A stretch of 63,384 nucleotides of DNA, counting the filler, from Rhabdomonas costata (Eukaryota), in the NCBI GenBank assembly GCA_019059605.1. It is 23 parts of 23 records of this genome, joined end to end, with 100 filler letters (N's around TTAATTAATTAA, not from the genome) between each part and the next. Parts side by side here need not be neighbours in the genome. Positions count along the whole stretch, not along the records: positions 1 to 2,663 come from JAHMHO010002437.1; positions 2,764 to 5,426 come from JAHMHO010002438.1; positions 5,527 to 8,188 come from JAHMHO010002439.1; positions 8,289 to 10,950 come from JAHMHO010002440.1; positions 11,051 to 13,712 come from JAHMHO010002441.1; 18 more parts are not named here. One strand, written 5' to 3'. A program made the translations under genes and the position numbers. Shown here in pieces: positions 1 to 12,129 of this stretch (position 1 is its first letter; the number at the start of each line of letters is the position of its first letter). Below the pieces are notes generated by a model that ran no database searches, had not been told where the DNA came from, and saw nothing but the letters and a program-made list of their open reading frames with translations.

Positions 1-2657
1 GTGTTGGGGGAGGACGGCTTGGGGTAGTCCAGAAGGGATTTCTGGAGCTGCAGGTGTACGGCCTTTTTCATTTGAGCCTGCAGCTCGAGGAGCCACTGCT
101 CGACGTTGCCCCGGGGGACAAGGGGGGTCTCCAAGGGTAGTACTTCCGCCTCGCTGGAGCGGAAGCTGACCATCGCACCGCCCTCAAATTCCACGGCCTC
201 GATGGCCTCAAAGATCTTCTTCAAGTGGGGTTGGATGTTCACAGGGTCTTTGGACTGCGACAAGATCTCTGAAAGAGAGTGCATTTGGTTGAGTAAGAGT
301 GAACAGGAGGGCAGGAACAACCACAGCATTATGTGCCTGGTACAAGTCCCAGTTCAGGGGTAAAATATCGGGTGGCTTTGTGAGTATCAAAAACAAATAT
401 TTGTTCGTTCGACATTTTACTTCAACCAAAGGCCCTTCACTTCAAACCAGTGCGCAGAGTTGCCTCACTTAAACAAAAAAGGGAGCAGTCACGGGCAAAT
501 AGTGCGGCATAGAGACCCAGGAGTTCCTCATCCGAGAGGAAGTAGAAGCGCGGGAAGAGCTGCCGCTTGTCTCCAAGGTAGTCCTGAAGCCCTTTCTGAA
601 TCATCTCCATTTGCTGCAGGCACGCCACCCATCGTCCATCCATACAACGAATGAACAACCACCCCACATTTTCAACTTGGATTTTGTGTGAAAGAAATGC
701 TCACAATTTAATCACACATGAAATTACGGAAAGAATAAAACACAAGAACACGGGGAATAAAAGGGAATAAAAGCATTGGAGAGGGAGCGAGAACGGAATG
801 GACTGGCTCAACAAGACATGATATTGTCAAGTCACGGCGTGGGCGACCTTGTTTGCGTCGGTGAAATGATCCAGCAGCCGCCCACTGGCAGTACAGAAGT
901 TGAGCGCCACCGGGTTGTTCTTGGCCTGCCCCATAATCTTGCGCCACGTGTGGTTCACCTGTGAATGCCACCCCAAGGGCTGAGGACCAGGACGCCACAA
1001 CGAGACAGATCACGGACATTATTATTACGTACTTGTTAACAAAACTTATGGGTAGTTCAGGGTGACAAATCATCACCGCCACCACTGTGGTGCTTTCATA
1101 CGGTGCAGTTATGGGATGGTCCGGTCAGTGCGGAGGCTCATAATTGGGGTGCCAGCCCCTAGCTACCTACCCACACGAGCTGGAGTCCGAGGTGCGGCGG
1201 ACCTTCTCAAACTTTCGGGTCAGGAGGGGCAGCTGAACTGCGATGTCCTCGCTGCTGAAGATGGGCTCCAGGTACAGCCACGCGCGCTGGCACTCCAGCC
1301 ACTGGTCTAGCACCTCCGCGGTGTGATTCAGCTTCGACTCCCAGCTGTCAATCTGCTCCACAAAGTACGCCTTGAAGGGCGAGAATGACATCTGCTGAGT
1401 GATGTTCAGGTGCTCGTCAAGAGTCAGCTGGATCTGCGCGAGCAGCGTGTGTGTAAGGGGGGGGGGTCCCAAAAAAAAAGAAATCATAGCCACACTCCCG
1501 CAAAGACAGTGGCCGTTGCACACCCAAAGTCTTCGAGACAAAGCGACAAACCTCGACAGACCTGTACTTGCACTGTGCATGGTACTTCGCGCCTCAGTGC
1601 TTTTGCTTTTCAGTTGCATCCAAAGACAAGGCAGAAGGGCATTGTTCTTAGCACCACACAATATGCACTCCATTGAATGTAAATCCACAAAACTCGTCTT
1701 TCTCGTGGGGTTGTCTTTTTCCCTCAGTTTAGCAGGACCCACAGTACTTTCGCCCGAAAACACTCACAGAGGCATACGTCCTCAACACTTTTGAGGATGT
1801 AGGTCTTGGTGCTCTTGTACTCCTCCAGGGCGAAAGCTTTGTTTTCCCACTGCTGCCTCATCGCATTCAGCTTGGACTCAATATCCCACTCCTTAGCCGC
1901 GACCTGCAAGGAGAAACCACGACAACCTCGCATGGCCAAAGCAAAACTCATAAGATTCAAGATGCATTTACAGCTCCGCAGTGTCAGCGTTTCGGCCGTC
2001 TTTAAAAAAGGAATTAAAAAATCCAATGAAGCGCACAATACCCAAGTGGCTTACAAATCACGAAACCCGCAGGGACTCCATACCCGTAAATGTCCGTATT
2101 TGTGGCGACCACCATAACTGCGACAACCAACCGACGGTTTTTGCGATGCCCTTCACCCCACCCCTCGCTCGACCTCGCAGCTCTTGGTGATCCTGTCCTT
2201 GTGCGGGACCAGAGGGTAGATGTCCTTGAGGGTGCTCAAGGTGACCCCTGGGATAAGTTCCATTTCAAGCTGCTGAGACAGAGTCTTCCAGTGGCGTTCC
2301 TTCATTCCCGGGTTCCGCAGAGCGATGATCACCGGCACCAGCTGTGGCATAGTAGTACACAAAACCAACCATCAATATGCTCTTGCAGACTTCATTCACA
2401 CCCACACCGCGAGAGAAAGGCCGCGAAAACAAGCGCAACCAACATGTCAACAAGCACTGCGTCTTCGACTGTACAAACTTACGCCACTGTGTACGTGAAC
2501 CAGGGGTGCACACAGCCAGGTCACCCCGACAAGAACCCCATCGAAAGCACGCTTGGAAGGATACCGGCTTGAATTCATCGATGCTCTTCTTAATCTCATC
2601 GACAATCCGCAGCATCGCGGGCTTGTCCTTGAAAGTCTTCGGGAGCTGCTGGTACAC
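1..2657 (-). CDS. Axonemal dynein heavy chain, internal fragment (N2/linker region), 7 exons
   Basis: Exons ~2657-2565, 2341-2174, 1903-1778, 1433-1203, 958-848, 613-517 and 268-~1. All six introns are GT-AG and keep frame. Motifs [58 protein letters not shown] and RGNVEQWL. Confidence 0.95.
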
Positions 2658-2663
2658 AACCCC

Positions 2664-2763
2664 NNNNNNNNNNNNNNNNNNNNNNNNNNNNNNNNNNNNN
2701 NNNNNNNTTAATTAATTAANNNNNNNNNNNNNNNNNNNNNNNNNNNNNNNNNNNNNNNNNNNN
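2664..2763. other. Artificial contig spacer (first of 22)
   Basis: 44 N + TTAATTAATTAA (stops in all six frames) + 44 N. The same spacer starts at 5427, 8189, 10951, 13713, 16474, 19235, 21996, 24757, 27518, 30279, 33041, 35801, 38559, 41319, 44079, 46839, 49598, 52357, 55116, 57873 and 60631. Contigs are 2654-2663 nt, so neighbours are unrelated. Confidence 0.99.
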
Positions 2764-3222
2764 GTGTTTTTTTCGCTAATTAAAAAAGCTTTAAGCCGGT
2801 TTTCTCCAACCCCAACTTCCATTGGGCAACCGTTTTTTTGAAAAAATCGGTATCTGCTTTGTTTTGGAGCCGCATTGGCAGCCGCCCCCCTGCCAAGGGA
2901 AAGGCATTTCTCGATTTCTCCGCCGTACCTAGCCAAGGGTTCCCTAAAGAGGAGAGGTTCATGGGATCAAGATCTAACTTTCAAAGAAAAACACACCACC
3001 AGCCTCTTCCTCTCTGCCTCTTTCCGATTTTCTCGTGCCTCACGGTTTTCTGCCGCGTGAAGACCATTGGAAAGAGAGTAATTGTTGGCTGCTGCTACCA
3101 TGACTTTCATGTTTGAAGAAACAGGCACAAAGAGAAAAAAGTTGCGAGTCCTAAACCGGCGAAGGTGGAGGGTGTGGGAAGACAGGACGTGCACACGTTT
3201 CTGGGCCGGTTTTGGCGCATGC

Positions 3223-4085
3223 GTGGCCCTGGCGTGGGGAGGGTGCCTCCCCTTGGGGAGGGACACTGCTCCACGACCTTGAGCCCGCCGACACGGTGAG
3301 AGCCCAGGTATCGCCCAGGAGTTGCCCTACGCCGGCACAGCCTCCGAACACGACCATCACGGAGGGCGAGGGCGGGCTGCCGGCAAAAACTACCGCGGAG
3401 TGGCCAAAGCGAGCGCAGGGCTTGGGTCCCGGACCTGGAGGTGCCTGAAACCAACCCATGCAACCAGTCAATCAGGACACCCGTACCCCTCCCCAAAAAT
3501 AACCCTTATATATTAACCGAGAATAAATCATCTCATGCACCAGGTATGTTTGCTATTACCCCACCACCATACGGGGAAGTAGGCAGGTGGTTGAGTTCAA
3601 GTTTCTGTTCATCGCCCTTATTGTAACACACATACCGCGCGTTAAATTGAGAAGGCAAGCGTCTCATTCTCCTGCAATTGTAAAAAATCAGCAATCACTA
3701 TTGTAAAATTGTTCTTGCAGCTTCCCAAAAAACACGGAGCATTAAGAAAGTGAGAGAACACAAAATTCAACCCCCTCCCCCGCCAAAATCCGCGCCAGAG
3801 GGGTTTACTGCTGACTTTTTTTTAGGGAGAGACAGCGACCAGGGTCCAGGTCTTTGTGTCGAAACGGTACTCGTACAGCTCTGCTGTGGCTGCGCCCCCG
3901 GATGGTGCCAGGTGCCCCCCAAACACCAGCAGGGTGCGCGCCGTGCCGTCGTCGACCACCACGGTGGTGCAGTCACTGCGGGGGCTGGGCACGGCCCCGG
4001 AGACCTCCTTCACACACGTGCAATGCCGCCACAGCTCCTCTGGGGCATCCCCAGGGGCCGCGGCAGGGGCGGGCGGCTTGGACAT
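3223..4085 (-). CDS. Kelch-repeat (beta-propeller) protein, 5' part
   Basis: ATG at 4085; exons 4085-~3835 and 3444-~3223. Kelch motifs PSPRSDCT..LLVFGG, PCARFGHSAVV..VVFGG..LGDTWAL and PSPRQGH. Confidence 0.8.
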
Positions 4086-4555
4086 CCTCCGAGGTGAGCA
4101 GCAAAATGAAAGCAAAGTGGGATGCGACAACACACAATCCAAGACTAGAAAAGGCGAAAAGGCTGGTAGCCTTGACACATCGGTGCGGGGACCCATCGTG
4201 TGTGTGTGGGAGGGGGGGGGCTTTGACGGCCGAATCGGGAGCTCAGAGATCAGAACGACGGATAACCTTACCCTATTTACACTCCCAAAAGTCCTTAATC
4301 GGCGATCGGCGTTGGCCCTTCACAACACCAGATCGAGCACACCTTTCACTACCCTTTTTCTTTATGCTTCTCAGGGCTCCCAGGTTCGAACTGATTCAAA
4401 GCCCTCACCCCAGTTGACATTTCTTCGCAGAGCGAAGATGGACGAAAGAAGCAGGTACCAGAAAGCATTGGGACATCGGGGCATTGCACATTTAATTCTG
4501 CGACTTCAATCCCATCCCCTTTTCCACCAAAGTCGAGTCAGAATGTCCTTCCATC

Positions 4556-5058
4556 TCACACGGCTGCGGCAGGGTGTCGAAGCAAGCGAATAAACTGGAA
4601 CCCCTCTCCCTCGAAAGCTTTCTGAAGCCGAAGCTCCACCTCAGGGTCGAGACAAAGCCCTGAGAAATGACACACACGTACAGTTCAAAAGAAAAGGGCC
4701 AAAACACCAGTCAACAATTGAAAAAACGCACAGTTCTACCAAAGGAACAGCGGGATGGCATTATTTCGTCCATTTATCAGCGTCAGGTCCCTATTGAATG
4801 CTCCTGAATCCATGACTCCTTCGCAGCTGACGCAAAGAGTGAGCAGAGCGGAACAAACACCTACGATGGCACCCCCCGATCCAGCAAACTTGGCTGCGCA
4901 GCCGCAGCTTTCGGCAATCTTTACCATTCTCAGGCTCCGATGGTCCAACACAGCATCACCGTATAGCTTCCGGCGAATGTTCACATTCCGCCTCAACAGC
5001 ACGGCAAGCCCTGGCCAGTCCTTAATCTGCATAGCTTGCACAGCTTGGTCCACCAGAG
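4556..5058 (-). CDS. Glucuronokinase-like GHMP kinase, last two exons
   Basis: Exons 5058-4861 and 4659-4556 (TGA), with a phase-1 GT-AG intron. RRKLYGDAVL and AAKFAGSGGAIVGLC match the GHMP C-terminus of glucuronokinases. Confidence 0.8.
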
Positions 5059-6089
5059 CTGAGGAAATGAAGGAAAAGACACATCCAACTGCCTCAGAAC
5101 GAAGCCTGCATTTGTGTTGGGTGACAGGGACAGTGAGTATTTTTGTACATGTTTCTATGTTCGAGCGCGAAAGAAAAAGACGGAGTAGAAGTACTGTATA
5201 AATCACGACATTCTCTATCGTGATTTTCCGTGCAAATAAAGAGTCGGACATCAATGTCAAAATCATGGTCTTTCAGCAAAAAGCAAACACGGCCACACTG
5301 CGATTCTGCAAAAGTCGTGCGAGAATTTCGATCATGATTCAATACACTCAACTGGGAGCGAAAGAAAGTGAGAAAATGCAAAGAGAACCTCATATTACGA
5401 CGCCACCGTAGCATTTCATCAAACCCNNNNNNNNNNNNNNNNNNNNNNNNNNNNNNNNNNNNNNNNNNNNTTAATTAATTAANNNNNNNNNNNNNNNNNN
5501 NNNNNNNNNNNNNNNNNNNNNNNNNNTGTGTTGGGTGGAAAACACTCACTGCGCGATGAATACGAGCAGGTAAAGATGTGACCGGAAAGTAGAGTGTCCT
5601 GCTGCCATATATTTTTGGAAACAATTGACAATTGACCTCAAGGACCTTGACTGGCGTTTTCTCACCTGGGTCTTTATTTTCATGGCATTGGTGTTGTGTA
5701 GCGTTGTCTCTTCTCCTTCGGGGGCCTTTCAGACTGGAAGTGAAAGTGGAAATTTCTCAAAAAGCACGCCATTCGGATCGTCCACAGCTTGGGGAGACAA
5801 AGCCGAGAATTAAACCTCAAAGAAACCTTTAAAAAGGCTACAGTTCAGCTTTCAAGCGGAGTGTGCTTTGCATATTCCCGTGGTGGACGGTTGAGATTCA
5901 TCTGGGTCCACAGATGTCTAAACGTGACGTTTTAACATTCCTTAATTATCAGCTTTTTGGCAGAAAGTCATACAGTGCTTCGCGTTTTCATTTGTGACAG
6001 GCGTTTTTTTGTGCAATTCCTCTGTTTTCACCATCCCCTTTGGGGAATGAATCTTAACATTTCAGTCCCGCACGTTCCGGCTGGTCACC

Positions 6090-6779
6090 ATGGCGCGAGT
6101 CCTTTGTACTGCCGGAGTCCCCTCCAGTCCTCTCTAGCCTCCAGAATACTTTCTCTGGAGAATGCTGGAAAATTCTTTTGGACTGTGGAGTTCTTCCCTC
6201 CAAAGACAGAGGCCGGCACTCTCAACCTTTTCTCCCGGATTCAAAGGCTGGGCGGACTTCGGCCCCTGTACGCGGGGTTTACCTGGGGCCGGGAAGGTAC
6301 TTGAGAGGTGGGCGGACCAATTTTCCGCGATGAAATGTGCGTGCCTAACCTACGAAGCTTTCCTGGGTTTTCCGACAGTTGCTCAGTTTTCACCGACGAC
6401 CAGACTAGTCGCGGTTATTGCTTGAGCTACCCCAAGTGGACTTTGGGCTTTTCTGCAATGCGTGTGTTCGCCTTTTTTGACCCGAGCCGCGTCGGTTCTT
6501 TCTTGCAGGCAGCACTGCGGAAGCCACCTTGGACTTGTGTGTTAAGACGCAGGACCTGTTTGGCCTGGAAGCGGTGCTTCACCTCACCTGCTCAAACACC
6601 CCTCTCAGCGTTCTGGAGAGTACTCTGGCTCGCGCCCGCGAGAAAGGCCTCAGGAACATACTTGCCCTTCGTGGGGAGCCCCACAACCCTGCCAAGCAGG
6701 GTGTCTTGCAGAACACGGCTGAGCTGGTCAGGTTCATTCGTGAGCGACACGACGACTACTTCTGCATTGCTGTTTCGGG
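6090..6779 (+). CDS. MTHFR: Methylenetetrahydrofolate reductase, N-terminal part
   Basis: Exons 6128-6296 and 6509-~6779, with a GT-AG intron. Motifs VEFFPPKT, FTWGREGST, LHLTC, GLRNILALRGEP and YFCIAVSG. The likely start is ATG 6090 via a tentative 35-nt GC-AG intron. Confidence 0.88.
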
Positions 6780-6940
6780 GTGCTCAGCTTTCATGTTTCC
6801 TGAGCATCAGGGGGGACGCTGTGCGCGATTTGTGATTTTAATGAAATGGGGTTGCCACGACGGTCGGAGCCCGTTTTGCACTTTAACATCTAATTCCATT
6901 TGACTTTGACCCGTCTAATCCCGTCTGAACTGCTGAGTCC

Positions 6941-8180
6941 TTAGCAACATAGCTTGAAAGTCTGGGTTGGATCAAGATCCTCGTTGAACCATTGTTTGAC
7001 GTTCAAGAGTTTTTCTCCTTTGGCAAGAGGGAATTCTGGGTTCCGGTCGAGGACCTTTTAAGAGTGTGTGCCACTCAAAAAGCCGGATTTGTAATCCGAC
7101 TTTTGGATCGAGTCACGTGCAGGCGGTAGAATCCGACAATTTCCACTTTTCCAAGTGAAAAAGTATTTTCCTTTATTATTAAACCGTGAAGAAGTGCTCA
7201 GTTCGCCGTGCATGTGTCGATCCCGCTTTGCCGAATTCTGCCTCGGCCTCCAACATAACGGAGGCAATGGAAATGCTACTGGCAAAAGCCGAAAAAGCCG
7301 ATTGAAATCAAAGAATAATGAAAAGAAAGTACCGCGCCGACCAACCTTTTGGTTTCGGTCACTGGCCCCGAAAGTTTCTGTGATGTACTGGGTAATGTGC
7401 TTGTCTGTAGGGACGGATTTTGCCATGTTTTGGAGCAGTGGGTCGATGAAAAGGTTCAAGATTAAAGGTTCAAGTTCTTTTTTCAACTTGTCGTTTAGCC
7501 ACGCACCTGAGCGCTTTTACAAGAAACCACCAGTGTGTTGGACTTCCGCGATGCCATTCATTAACAATAATTAAACAATAGAACATCCTGATTATTGCGT
7601 TCAGTTTACAGACCTGTCTGCGCGCCGCGCGAGTTCTCTGCCCTTCACAACCACGCCCTGTTTGTTTGAAGTTTGCTGTTTGCTAAGCTGGTGTACGTCC
7701 ACTGAACTGTGGTGACGCAGTGCCGTGATTCTTTTGCTTTAAAACACATTAAATGCTATGAGTGAATTTTTATTTGAAATACTAATCTGGACTGGACTGG
7801 ACTGGAAATCGGAACATGCCCGCACAAACGGGGTGCCAATAGTACAAACGGGATGGCACCCCACAAGCCCTAGTCACGAAAAAAAAGTAATTTACATTTG
7901 TTTCTACACAAACAAACACACCCGACAACAGTTTACTGGCGCTGCGCGCCGGCGCCAAGTTACACGTTCAGACACAGCGCGCAGCATTCGCGAAACAGAA
8001 TTGGATCTGAGAAGCCGCACCCATCCTCCCGTGGTCTCAGCTGCAACCGGTCCAACCGCATGTAGCTTCGGCTGCACTCGCGAGCTGCTTCAGAAGCGAG
8101 TTGCGGCTCAAAGGTGGCGTCCGCCATTGAGGAGGAGGGGTCCACCCGGCGCGCAGGGGACCAGTCAATGCGGGGACGAC
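6941..8180 (-). CDS. Putative unknown protein (several candidate exons; exon phasing not fully resolved)
   Basis: AG/GT-bounded open blocks at ~8180-8020, ~7706-7614, 7506-7346 and 7054-6941 (ends ..TFKLCC*). No recognisable family. Confidence 0.35.
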
Positions 8181-8659
8181 CCCCCCACNNNNNNNNNNNN
8201 NNNNNNNNNNNNNNNNNNNNNNNNNNNNNNNNTTAATTAATTAANNNNNNNNNNNNNNNNNNNNNNNNNNNNNNNNNNNNNNNNNNNNGAAAGATCGATG
8301 ATCTCCAGCCTGCGTGGGAAGCGGAATAGCAGAGAGCAAACCTCTCGTCCCCTTCCTCTTCTTCCTCACTGATACAGTGCCGGAACAGTCGTATCGTTAT
8401 GGCTGTCGGTGTGAGGATCACACAGCTGGATTGGATGCTGGTAGTGTTTTGGGATAACTTTTCAAGGACAGGCAAACAAGCTGCCAATATAACCGCAAAT
8501 AGGCAACGCTATTTCACATGCCATTTTTCGCGCCACTTTCCTTTGCCCTTCTTCCCACGCTCTGCCCGTCAAAAGCGTCCCACTGTCATTCGCCGGAAGC
8601 GAAGAAGGGACTGAAGTGTGGATGGGTGGGGACGGAAGCAAGGGAAGAAGGCCGACATA

Positions 8660-10702
8660 CCCAGCTCTCCTCATCACAGGCACCGCGTACTCATCGTAGA
8701 GACGGAACCGCGCATTGTTTCGCCTGTGCCCCCAAAAAGTGGACCACAGGCCACAGCCCGGACCAAGTGCCGGCATTGAACATTCGGGGCAAGACCCCTC
8801 TCAAAGGTTAACAAGCTATTCCCCATGCTGATGACTGGCTACTGTAACCAAGTAGTCCGCCAACAACGCAGTCCTCACCTGTATTCGATTCAATAAACCG
8901 ATACGTTTACCACAATGCGGATGCCTTCCGGTCCGTTCGGCCATAGGACACCTCTATGGGGTCTTTGCATCTGCTACTTCTCGGAGTGTGCATGGTTCCA
9001 CTCTTCCCAGCCTCTTCGTTTTTTATACATAATTCAACCCACCCCCACCCTGGTGCAAGTTTATTTCCACTTACGATCTCTCACTCTCTCACTCTTTCAG
9101 CTTCGGAACAGGAGGCCGGGACGGAGGCGAGGAGAATTGCAGACCAGGCGTCAAAGTCAGCAACACCAAATGCGGGGATGGTGTGCCAGAAGATCCTGGT
9201 GTCCTATCCAAACAGGCATACGCGTAGGTACACTTAAAGAGCGCGGAAAAATGTGCCCATCATTGCAGACACCACCACCCCACTACAAGCGGCACTTACA
9301 AGAACACATCACATGACGATGAATAGAAAGGGGTCCCGTATGAAACAAGAGGATAAAACCGCAAGCGGGATTGAAGCAGTCGAGCCCGTAGAACGCGGGT
9401 CTTGCGGGTGATAATGTGCTGCCATATAAAATGAATGAGAAAAACAGTGGGGAGAGCTCGGGGGCGGAGGGCCACCGGGCTATTCACTTTGAGCTCCCGC
9501 AGCTGCCGCGCCAGGCCGTCGACGTGAGCCTTGTAGCGGTGCAAGGGCCACAGCCCCTTGGGCGCAATGGAGGAGCTGGCAGGCCAGTCCCCCACTCCCA
9601 GCACGATGTGGCTGTACTGCTTTCCTCCGGAGCGCAGAAGTTCCTACATCACCGATAAACACGCATCACTACGAGTGTGGGTGGGGTCACGGAATCAGAA
9701 TCGGAATCGGAATCCGGGGCCAAAGATATCAGACACACTTGCGAACACCTTAGGGCAGCACACACAGATGAACCTGAAAGTACCGCGACTCATCCAGAAA
9801 GGGGTCGGGGTGGTAGTGCATCACAATGCCTCCCTTGAGCTCCCACTTCTTTGGACCTGCGTGAGCATATGTAGGAGGCAAGTGAAATGTAAACCCTCTT
9901 CGCGGTGAACAGGATCAAGTCGTCACTGATATGCATCGCAGGCCTCTGCATATCTGCTTCTGTTCCCCACATCCACATCCGCAGACAACTCAAACCAATC
10001 TGAACCTAAGCATTCATCATCCGGGATCACATTCAGACATTCAGTCACAAGTACATCCCCTTCGCGCATGGCCATTGCTTGAGATCCATCTGAGCACATT
10101 TCCCCTTTCCTTTTGGACTCAACCAGCATCTCATTTTCCTGAGTCATCACAGATTATTGAAAAGGCATCACCATCCCAAAACACTAAAACACAGCGGGGT
10201 AAATGCACCATAAAGGGCAAGCAATTGTTTGGTTCTGAGCATTGCTTCTGCTTTCTTTAATTGCAGCATGACAAGCCATGAAAGGAGGGGAGGGGACGCA
10301 CCGTCAGCCACGGTGATCTTGGGGTTGCCGAGGATTTTGCTCTCCCACATCGCGTTCAGCACAGGGTAGAAGAAGGATCGAGTCATGCGGTCACCCATGA
10401 ACAGCAGCTGCGCCCCGGCGAGGCACTGCAGAGCCTCGTTCTGTTCACCCACACGGACACACGACGTCATCAATTCGAGAATGTAAGTGTCAGCTCCAAC
10501 AGCAACCAGTGCAAAAGGGAAATTTCCTGAGGCTGAAGTGCGATCTAAGTTCGGTGGACATCAAAGAGAAGGGAGAGCGCGAGACTGACGTGAGGTGTAT
10601 GGTGCGTGCGGGGCGGGAATAAGAGGGGAGGGGGTGCGACTTGCCTGAGTAACCCTCTTCCAGGAGCAGTTGTATGGCGTCCAGGTGGCGTCCGATCCCC
10701 AC
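8660..10702 (-). CDS. SGNH/PC-esterase (NXPE/TBL-like) protein, internal fragment
   Basis: Spliced blocks LQCLAGAQLLFMGDRMTR (GDS-like block I), HIVLGVGDW, RYKAHVDGLARQL, TRIFWHTIPAF and RFRLYDEYAVPVMRRAG, with GT-AG borders. Confidence 0.6.
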
Positions 10703-11332
10703 GAGTGAAACGCCGCGAGGTTTTTCCCCGGTACCCTTGCGAAAAATGAAGGCATTCTCTCTCTCGTTGGGTGAGGAACGTGAAAATGAGTGATTGTGCG
10801 GGAGGTCGGGTCTCGCTAGAAACGGATCCTTAATGTTGATGCTTCTTGATAGGGACAGGGTCCCCTGGGGCTCAAAAACCCTCGACGTGCATATGCTTGC
10901 GCCCTGGGCCAGTCTCTTCCATTCATAGCGGCTCTTGTATAAAAGAGCAANNNNNNNNNNNNNNNNNNNNNNNNNNNNNNNNNNNNNNNNNNNNTTAATT
11001 AATTAANNNNNNNNNNNNNNNNNNNNNNNNNNNNNNNNNNNNNNNNNNNNTGGTATGCTCCACAACAAGCAGGGCAACTACTTGAAGGCCATGCAGTGCC
11101 TAGAGCAGAACTACCGTGTGGCGCGTCGAAAGGGTTTGTGGGCTGTGCTTCCAAGGAAATCCTATAAAGGAGCGACAGCACACCGCCTCCTGTCTTTCTC
11201 ACTGTATCTGAGCCCGTGAGAGTGTGACATCTTCGTGAATTTGGAGCGAAAGGCTGCCGTAGCCCGCAAGAGCAGTGCACTTCCATTTTTATTTTGCCTC
11301 GTTTATCTCCTGTTCTCGTTTCATGTTTTCAG

Positions 11333-11484
11333 GGGATCGGGCGAGTGTTGAGAAAGCACGTATTCTGCTTGGCGTTGCCTCCGGGAACTACGCGTGGTCC
11401 TCTGGATTCGTGGAAATGGCTGATCGCAATCTCGAGGGGATGCTGAAGTGGAAATGCCAGGGCGCGCTCCCGGGAATGGGGTAG
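11333..11484 (+). CDS. Putative last exon of an unknown gene
   Basis: Follows a tttcag acceptor and is open to TAG at 11484 (..KARILLGVASGNYAWSSGFVEMADRNLEGMLKW..). Confidence 0.35.
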
Positions 11485-12129
11485 AAAACAAGCTCCCAGA
11501 AAGAAGCGTTGTTATTATCTTCGTACGTGGTAGCATGGCTTTGCATGGCTTTTTTGTTCTGAAAAAGGATTTCCGTTGACTGGATTATCATGTCGGATTA
11601 TGTTCTTTTTTTTTGCTCGCTTTTGGCATACTGAAGGTTGTCTAGTCTGAAAGAGAAGGTCACAAACCCTGGAGCAAAATAATATGAAGTACCTTACACC
11701 GTAAACTCAGAATTGCATCACAACAACACAAATACGGAATTCACCCGAAAAATGAAAAATCGTGCTGTAGTAGTTTCTTCGAAGCTCTCCGTATGTTAAC
11801 TGCTTTTTAGGTTCACCCCAAAGAAACCTTCTGGGTTCATTACATGTCCCCCGCGGCAGTTATATAGGCTAAAGACTTTGAATGGGAAACCGTCACATAC
11901 CAGTGAGAACAAAAGGGATGTCCCCAGCGAAAATCAAATACTTGCAAACGGACAGCTATTTGGCAACTCATGTGCTGAATTACCCTGTCAATTTCGATCA
12001 ATCACTTTTCCATTTTTATTTTGCTGCTTTTATTTGTGTTTTGTTACTATTATTTTGTCGCCAAGCTGTTATTTGGCCGTTCCTCCTGATCTCCCCCTCT
12101 TGAGAAGTTCCTTCTTCACTGCCTGGACC

